Source: Phycisphaerae bacterium (GTDB taxonomy: Bacteria; Planctomycetota; Phycisphaerae; WQYP01). From it: a stretch of 64,000 bases of DNA. The notes beneath the pieces are model-generated. The model saw only the letters and a list, made by a program, of their open reading frames with translations. It made no database searches and was not told where the DNA came from. This document shows, piece after piece, positions 57,982-64,000 of this stretch (position 1 is the stretch's first letter; the number at the start of each line of letters is the position of its first letter). Position numbers and translations under genes: made by a program. The stretch lies in contig DATJSN010000099.1 of assembly GCA_035504095.1 (NCBI GenBank), positions 2,093 to 66,092 of the forward strand. Direction: 5' to 3'.

Positions 57982-58293
57982 CTATTGTTTTACCTTTTGT
58001 GCATTTAAAGACGCCTGAGCCACGGGCTGTTCACCCAGGTTTATAACTTCGGTTCGCGCTGGGGTTGTTGTGCCGGCGTTTTGAAATCGAATCTGTCTTT
58101 CCACCTCCGCTAGCTCCAGCGGCGATTTGACGCCCGGATGCATCCGCCGCCAGATCTCATCGCGATCAACGGATACCTCTCTCGGCGCCTGAATCGCCAA
58201 TCGCACACTGCTGCGCGACCACTTTACAACTTTAACTTCAATTGTCCCGTTGATGATAATGCTCTGTCCTTCCCCGCGGCTCAATGCCAACAT
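57982..58293 (-). CDS. csrA: Carbon storage regulator CsrA homolog with C-terminal extension
   Basis: MLALSRGEGQSIIINGTIEVKVV...VRLAIQAPREVSVDRDEI; AAGGG RBS before the ATG at 58293. Confidence 0.85.
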   Translation of the reverse strand: MLALSRGEGQSIIINGTIEVKVVKWSRSSVRLAIQAPREVSVDRDEIWRRMHPGVKSPLELAEVERQIRFQNAGTTTPARTEVINLGEQPVAQASLNAQKVKQ

Positions 58294-58585
58294 AAAGCAC
58301 CCTTTCCATAGAGTTTTAGACAGGCCCGTCCTTCTTCTGCATGACCTAGACAAATCATTATACAAAGGACCTGCCCACTCGTCTTGAAGAAAATCGGTTA
58401 CAAGGGACAAAAACTCAAGAAAAACCCGGCGAAAATAGCCGAATTTGACAATAAAAACCGTTAGGGCAGTCTTTTAACAAAAAAATGGCCTAGCCCCCGG
58501 AAAATATTACCTGGCAAACAAGAGTGGGGGCTGTAAGATTTCAGAACATAGTTTGTTTGCAAAACACCGCTACCAAGGAATCTAA

Positions 58586-59176
58586 ATGATCACCCACCTT
58601 CGATGTCCCTGGGCTACCACCGAACAAAACATTGCCTATCACGACATGGAATGGGGTAGACCAGTCCATGATGATCGTAAATTATTTGAATTTCTCATTC
58701 TTGAAGGCGCCCAGGCGGGTTTAAGCTGGAATACGATTTTAAATCGTCGAGAGGGCTATCGAAAAGCATTTGCGAAATTCAACCCGGTTTCAGTTGCGGC
58801 GTTTACCAGCCGGGATACCAGCCACCTGCTTAAAGATCCCGGAATTATCCGTAACCGTCTTAAGATCGCATCCGCGGTGCAAAATGCCCAGGCGTTTTTG
58901 AAAGTGCAAAGTGAATTTGGAAGCTTTAGTTCTTATATCTGGCAATTCGTCGGCGGGGAGCCGCTGGTCAATCGCCGGCGAAGTCTACGGGATGTTCCCG
59001 CCAGAACTCCGGAATCAGACGCCATGAGCAAAGACCTCAAACGCCGTGGATTCAATTTTGTTGGATCAACGATTTGCTATGCCTATATGCAGGCCATAGG
59101 AATGGTAGACGATCACCTGCTGACTTGTTTTTGTCATACCGCCAGACGATCGAAAGCTAAGATCAAAGCCATATGA
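58586..59176 (+). CDS. tag: DNA-3-methyladenine glycosylase I
   Basis: RCPWA, YHDMEWG, LEGAQAGLSW, GIIRNRLKI and DHLLTC motifs. Confidence 0.95.
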   Translation: MITHLRCPWATTEQNIAYHDMEWGRPVHDDRKLFEFLILEGAQAGLSWNTILNRREGYRKAFAKFNPVSVAAFTSRDTSHLLKDPGIIRNRLKIASAVQNAQAFLKVQSEFGSFSSYIWQFVGGEPLVNRRRSLRDVPARTPESDAMSKDLKRRGFNFVGSTICYAYMQAIGMVDDHLLTCFCHTARRSKAKIKAI

Positions 59177-59209
59177 GAAACAATCAAACAGAAAGTTTAA
59201 AGTCCATCT

Positions 59210-61150
59210 TTACTCTCGTAATTTAATGGCGTCTTCCGTCGCGCCGGCGGCAAATGCCAGTGCTGCTGTTGCGTTCGATAAATCCCCGCCGTCAATGATG
59301 ATCTTTTTGTTTTGAGTTCCTTCAACCCGTAAAAATACCGGAACCGAAGAAAGCACCCGCGGGCCTGTTAATAAAGTTTCCTGCGAATCGATAAATCTTA
59401 AAAGCGATTCGGCCTGTTCATTTCCCTGCGCGCTAAGCCCATAAACAGCAGCATCTTGTACGTGGTCCAAAATCACCGCCGGCCGAAGTTCCGGGGTGCT
59501 TACTTCAAAACGTATGTTGTTCAAAGTTATCCCACGGGCGTTACGAGCATAAAGACCGTACGCCGGCATGGGTCCAAGATCAAAATATTCGCCAGCAATT
59601 TGCGGTAAATCGCGCCGCGCCGCATATTCGGCGGTACCGCCGCCGCCAAAAACCAGATGAATGTCGTCAAAAGAAATATCTTCCATAATCGAATCACCGA
59701 CGCAATTAAGAACGATGCAGGAAAATCTTTCTCCTTCATTGTAGGCAATCGCAAATGGAAGGCCTGCAAGTGGGCTGGGATTAGTGGTGACCGTACCTAT
59801 GATGTTGCTGAATGAAATATGCCGGATAATGCCCGGGCCTGATGGATGAGAAGGCTTTGTCGTCGGAGAAGGCTGCGTGGCGGCCGGCAGAGTGGTGTCT
59901 ATCGCATATTTCACGCTGTGATCTTCAGGTTGCGTGGTAGCTGTGTCACTCTGAGTATCGTCGGCATCGGGTTGAGTATTATTGACACTCGGTTTTGTAC
60001 TCGGCTGCGTACTGGAATGTTTTCCGTGCCCACCTTTGCCTTTTGAACCCGGCCCGACTCCAATATTGATCGGCCCGGTTACCTCCTGCAGAACCAGATT
60101 GGAAAACGACATATTTTCAAATCGCCCACCCTGTCCACACTGCAGCTTAATTGGACAACCAAAAACCTGATAGAGCAGACAATTGGAAACTGCAATGTTT
60201 TCCGCCCCATCATCGCCAAAGCGAAATACCGACCAGCGTGTGCTGAAGGAACTATTGGTAATGGTTACAAACCGGCATCTTCCAAATAGTGCGCATGCGT
60301 CATCCTGCGACTGCACGTGGCAATTGCTGATCGCGACGTGCTCCGAACTGATAAAGTGAAACCCGTCATTGTTACTTGATACGCGGTTATGGATATGAAT
60401 TTTGTCCATTTGCACGTAACTGGATTCAATGACCCGTACACAGTGATAGCCACTTTCAAACAACCTGATGTTCTGTACAGTAAGATTTTCGCAGCGGTAA
60501 AAAAGTAACATGTGGACGCGATGGTCGCCGCCGAGTCCAATGGGGTTAGGGCCCTTCCGCACGGCTGCATGGAACAAGTGTCCCTGTCCATCGATCATGC
60601 CGGGGCCTTCGATCGTCACATTTTGCAGATTTACGCCAAAAATCAGGCCATAATTGCCGTCACCAAGTGTCGCATCACCCTTAAGAGGAATCGCCTCTGC
60701 TGCATAGTATTCTTTCGCATGGGGACTGCCCAGTAACTTTCCGCTGGCCGCTATATGCAGCGTAATATTGCTTTTCATTTCAATGGTTCCAATGACAAAA
60801 ACCCCCGCTGGAACCAAAACTGTGCCTCCCTGATCTTTGCTGCAGGCGTTTATAGCAGCCTGTACCGCGGCCGTGTCTGAGGTTTTGCCGTCACCCACTG
60901 CGCCAAAATCGCGGATGTTGTAAACACGAGCTCCGATGAAATTGGCATCACTGGAACGCGACGTGGCCGCAAAGGCAGTGTTCGGCAAGCCTGTGGCGGG
61001 AACATTCTGTCCTGCGTCCAGCTTTTCGTCTGTGCATCCCTCCAAAGTCGCGCTCAGTAGGCCCGTAGCAGGAATCACAGCCACAGTTGGCAACGACATT
61101 AATCCCATCCATTGACGCCGCGAGAACACACTCTTTTTCTGACTGTCCAT
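59210..61150 (-). CDS. GH28-like (polygalacturonase-type) beta-helix glycoside hydrolase, Tat-exported
   Basis: SRRQWM Tat motif; YNIRDFGAVGDGKT, TIEGPGMIDGQG, NNDGFH and SQDDA. Confidence 0.82.
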   Translation of the reverse strand: MDSQKKSVFSRRQWMGLMSLPTVAVIPATGLLSATLEGCTDEKLDAGQNVPATGLPNTAFAATSRSSDANFIGARVYNIRDFGAVGDGKTSDTAAVQAAINACSKDQGGTVLVPAGVFVIGTIEMKSNITLHIAASGKLLGSPHAKEYYAAEAIPLKGDATLGDGNYGLIFGVNLQNVTIEGPGMIDGQGHLFHAAVRKGPNPIGLGGDHRVHMLLFYRCENLTVQNIRLFESGYHCVRVIESSYVQMDKIHIHNRVSSNNDGFHFISSEHVAISNCHVQSQDDACALFGRCRFVTITNSSFSTRWSVFRFGDDGAENIAVSNCLLYQVFGCPIKLQCGQGGRFENMSFSNLVLQEVTGPINIGVGPGSKGKGGHGKHSSTQPSTKPSVNNTQPDADDTQSDTATTQPEDHSVKYAIDTTLPAATQPSPTTKPSHPSGPGIIRHISFSNIIGTVTTNPSPLAGLPFAIAYNEGERFSCIVLNCVGDSIMEDISFDDIHLVFGGGGTAEYAARRDLPQIAGEYFDLGPMPAYGLYARNARGITLNNIRFEVSTPELRPAVILDHVQDAAVYGLSAQGNEQAESLLRFIDSQETLLTGPRVLSSVPVFLRVEGTQNKKIIIDGGDLSNATAALAFAAGATEDAIKLRE

Positions 61151-61248
61151 CTCGATCCTTTCCGCATTAAACACAAATATGTCCGCGGCAAGCATCTACT
61201 TGCCATGACCATTGATTAACGGTACACGATATGAATCATTGCCCGAAA

Positions 61249-62229
61249 TTAGCGCGTGGTAAAAGTTTGAAAAATATCGGTGAATTCCCACGGCGTCTGT
61301 TGAATGCCGCTGTGCGTGTTGTTGTTCTTCATTCCAGGTTTTCCAGCGTCCCGGTTTACGGACCAGAATGACATGCTACAAATCCAAGGATGGTCGACGG
61401 CCCATTGTTCCAGCGCCCTGGCGTCATTCTGCGTAAAGACCTCGCCCTTTTCATCGTTTTTGCCGATCATCGGCGTTAACCCGATTTGTATTGACGCATC
61501 AATGCTTTGGCATTGTTGGTACGCTTTGGCGGCGCTGGCGATTGAAACATCGCTCATTTTCCTGCCCCTGGAAAAGTGTGGACCGAAGTCCATAATCATG
61601 ATATTCACGCAATGGATTTTTAAACCTTTAGCCGCGGTATCAGCTAAAAGTTGTAGTGAATTTTTATCAAGACCGTCGGGATCCACCGGAAGTGTATAGG
61701 AAATAAGTAATCCGGGATTTTTCATTTGCAGGATGGCTAGAATGGAATTTCGTCTCTGGTTTGCCGCCGTATTGGTCAATGCCCTGCCTTCAATGTCAAA
61801 ATCAAGCGAAGTGAGTTTATAGCGATCAATAATCGCCTGGTACTGCGCTTCCAGCGACGCTGCATCTTTATCCACGAGCGCCAACTCCTTCCCCGACGCG
61901 CCACCGAAGGACACAATCACGTTGCCACCGCGTTTGCGAATAGCGGCAATTTGGTCGGTATAAAAATTCTGATTCATAGGAATTCTGCCGTCCCATGCGG
62001 GATCGCCGTGTTTATCCGCAATGATAAAGGCCAAAGTATAATATTTGAGCCCGCAGGCATCGTCGCATTGAGTTAATTGAAATTGATCGCCTGATCCCAC
62101 GTACATGTAAGGCGCGAAAACTCTCTCCGGCCACGCAGCGCGAGCCCCCTGGTTGTATTCATTACTTTGGCCGGAGAACATAGTGCATCCAGCCGGCAGA
62201 AATAGAATCAAGAGAAGAAAATGTTTCAT
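61249..62229 (-). CDS. GH18 chitinase-like lipoprotein
   Basis: Lipobox LPAGC; VFAPYMY, VIVSFGGASG, catalytic LDFDIEG, NIMIMDFG and SFWSVNRD. Confidence 0.85.
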   Translation of the reverse strand: MKHFLLLILFLPAGCTMFSGQSNEYNQGARAAWPERVFAPYMYVGSGDQFQLTQCDDACGLKYYTLAFIIADKHGDPAWDGRIPMNQNFYTDQIAAIRKRGGNVIVSFGGASGKELALVDKDAASLEAQYQAIIDRYKLTSLDFDIEGRALTNTAANQRRNSILAILQMKNPGLLISYTLPVDPDGLDKNSLQLLADTAAKGLKIHCVNIMIMDFGPHFSRGRKMSDVSIASAAKAYQQCQSIDASIQIGLTPMIGKNDEKGEVFTQNDARALEQWAVDHPWICSMSFWSVNRDAGKPGMKNNNTHSGIQQTPWEFTDIFQTFTTR

Positions 62230-62243
62230 CCGCACCTCTAAAT

Positions 62244-64000
62244 TCAACTGTTCTCGATGCGCTTTATCGAATCGCCACACCATTTTCGCCACATGTCACG
62301 ATACGCGGCCTCGATATTGCGGGCGAAGCGCCGGGCATCCATGAGCGGAGATTGCTCCATCCGCCGGCGCAGTGTTAGGCGAAGTTCTTTGAGTTTTGGC
62401 AAATCGCTGACGAGTTGCACAGCTATCTGCACATATTCCTGCGGTGTTCGGGCTATGAGTTCCGGCAGGCCGACGTTCGTCAAAACACTCTTTCCGCCCC
62501 GCCCCACCACCGTTTTACCTGATAAACTCACCACGGGTACACCCATCCACAACGAATCGATGGTGGTCGTATGCCCGTTATATGGAAAACTATCTAATCC
62601 CAGATCAATCCGATGGTAACTTTGTAAATACTGTGGGCGCGGCTGGCGATCAACAAATTCCACGCGGCTGGAATCGATTCCATTGTTGTTCAAATGATCC
62701 AATAATCGTTGTCGCGCAATACCCTGTGGCGCCAAAAGAATCATTCGGGATTTGGACAGTACAGACAGTACATTAGTCCAAATCTTCAATACACTATCGT
62801 TAATTTTGCAGAAATTATTCAGGCAACCTAAGGTAATAAGTCCATTTTTTAGCGCCGGCAATTCATTAATCGCGGGTTCACTGGTCATTGGATCATAACA
62901 CCAGAAAGTATCTGGCAAACGCAAAGTCTGTTCTTTGTAAACGCTCAAATCCGTTCCTGGCGGATCCAGGTATGGATCGGAAAAGCGATAATCGATTGTT
63001 TCCAATCCCGTGCTGCCGGGATAACCCAGCCATGTCGCCTGCAAGGGGGCTGGTTTATAGGCAAATATCAAAAGCCGGTTGTCATGCGTGTGTAATTTCA
63101 GATCAACCAGAATGTCAATTTGATCCGAGTAAATCTGATTGGCTAATTGCAGATCTGAAAGTCCAATGGTGCTGCACCAATGATCGGCGTAAGATTTGAA
63201 CCGCAAGGTGTGTGAATCCGGACGCCGAATTTGGGCATAACAAAAAATTTCAAATTGTGCATGATCGTGAGAGCGCAAAAGCGGATCCAGAAAAAAAACG
63301 CAAACATTTTCATGGAAATCCGCCGAAACGTACCCGATCCTTAGCCGGCGATCGGGGTTACGATCATTTTCATGCGGCCGGATGAATTTCTTTACTTCCG
63401 AAGCATGGTTGCCGTTCCATTCTTTTAATTCATTCCCAATTGCTTGTATGTCGTACCCGGGATGATATTGCATGGTAAAAATAAGATTGCTGTGTGCACG
63501 GGCGAAATCGGGTTTAAGTTTCAATGCTGTCCGATACGCGTCTATCGCTTCGTCGAGCTTCCCCTGATCTTTTAATGTAATCGCCAGATTGTTATATGCG
63601 TCCGCAAAGGCCGGCTTGAGTTTAATTGCCATCTGATAGGCGGCAGCCGCCTCATCGAATTGATTATGCGCATGCAGAATTACACCAATGTTATTATGCG
63701 CCTCGGCAAAATCCGGCTTCAATTCCAATGCCGCCCGATAGGCCTTAAGCGATTCTGCATCCATGCCTTTTTCGTTCAGCGCTTTGCCTAAATTGTTCAG
63801 GGCCTCCGGAAATTTCGGTTTAAACCTCAATGCAGATTGAAACGCTGCTATCGCCTTGTCCACACGCCCCTGCGCCAAACATATATTGCCCAAATGGTTA
63901 TAAGCATTGGAATCGTCCGGTTTTAACCGCAGTGCTTGTAAATAACTCTCCGCGGCTCCGGAATACTGTCCCAAACCAGATTGCGCCGCACCAAGGACGT
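62244..64000 (-). CDS. TPR + GT41 (O-GlcNAc transferase/SPINDLY-like) protein, 5' end beyond the window
   Basis: TPR repeats (PDFAEAHNNIG); RIGYVSADF, WLGYPGSTG, CLNNFCKIN and DSFPYNGHTT. The frame stays open to the window edge. Confidence 0.9.
   Translation of the reverse strand, partial: VLGAAQSGLGQYSGAAESYLQALRLKPDDSNAYNHLGNICLAQGRVDKAIAAFQSALRFKPKFPEALNNLGKALNEKGMDAESLKAYRAALELKPDFAEAHNNIGVILHAHNQFDEAAAAYQMAIKLKPAFADAYNNLAITLKDQGKLDEAIDAYRTALKLKPDFARAHSNLIFTMQYHPGYDIQAIGNELKEWNGNHASEVKKFIRPHENDRNPDRRLRIGYVSADFHENVCVFFLDPLLRSHDHAQFEIFCYAQIRRPDSHTLRFKSYADHWCSTIGLSDLQLANQIYSDQIDILVDLKLHTHDNRLLIFAYKPAPLQATWLGYPGSTGLETIDYRFSDPYLDPPGTDLSVYKEQTLRLPDTFWCYDPMTSEPAINELPALKNGLITLGCLNNFCKINDSVLKIWTNVLSVLSKSRMILLAPQGIARQRLLDHLNNNGIDSSRVEFVDRQPRPQYLQSYHRIDLGLDSFPYNGHTTTIDSLWMGVPVVSLSGKTVVGRGGKSVLTNVGLPELIARTPQEYVQIAVQLVSDLPKLKELRLTLRRRMEQSPLMDARRFARNIEAAYRDMWRKWCGDSIKRIENS

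Overview
Chromosomal window of roughly 50% GC, most likely from a planctomycete of class Phycisphaerae. This assignment is inferred from a DUF1559-type prepilin, dockerin plus PEP-CTERM proteins, TQP-rich linkers and the ribH-nusB-ftsY context. Housekeeping genes include speA, serA, phoH, sodA, citrate synthase, miaA, glmS, ftsY, nusB, ribH, rny, csrA, tag, tRNA-Leu(CAA) and a probable 6S RNA. The main accessory element is a ~21.5 kb alpha-glucan (starch/glycogen) locus at 15.8-37.2 kb. It has a LacI regulator and a secreted GH13 on one side. On the other side are two short/long pairs of secreted proteins that share uncharacterised head domains, a PEP-CTERM GH13 amylase and a DUF1559 pilin-like protein. 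Four promoters on that side carry the palindrome GTTTAACCGGTT(A/T)A(A/C)C or a close variant over the -10 box, and a weaker copy sits at the lacI promoter. The locus has no recognisable sugar transporter. Also notable: a vWA-vWA-ExbB-ExbD-ExbD-TPR motor cluster in which the vWA proteins have TonB/TolA-like anchors, a sulfotransferase-like/TPR/GT41 fusion, and a membrane-anchored PilB-like pseudo-ATPase between pilT and a CvpA-like gene. No CRISPR array, IS element or prophage was seen. All calls come from motif recognition by eye; no searches were run.
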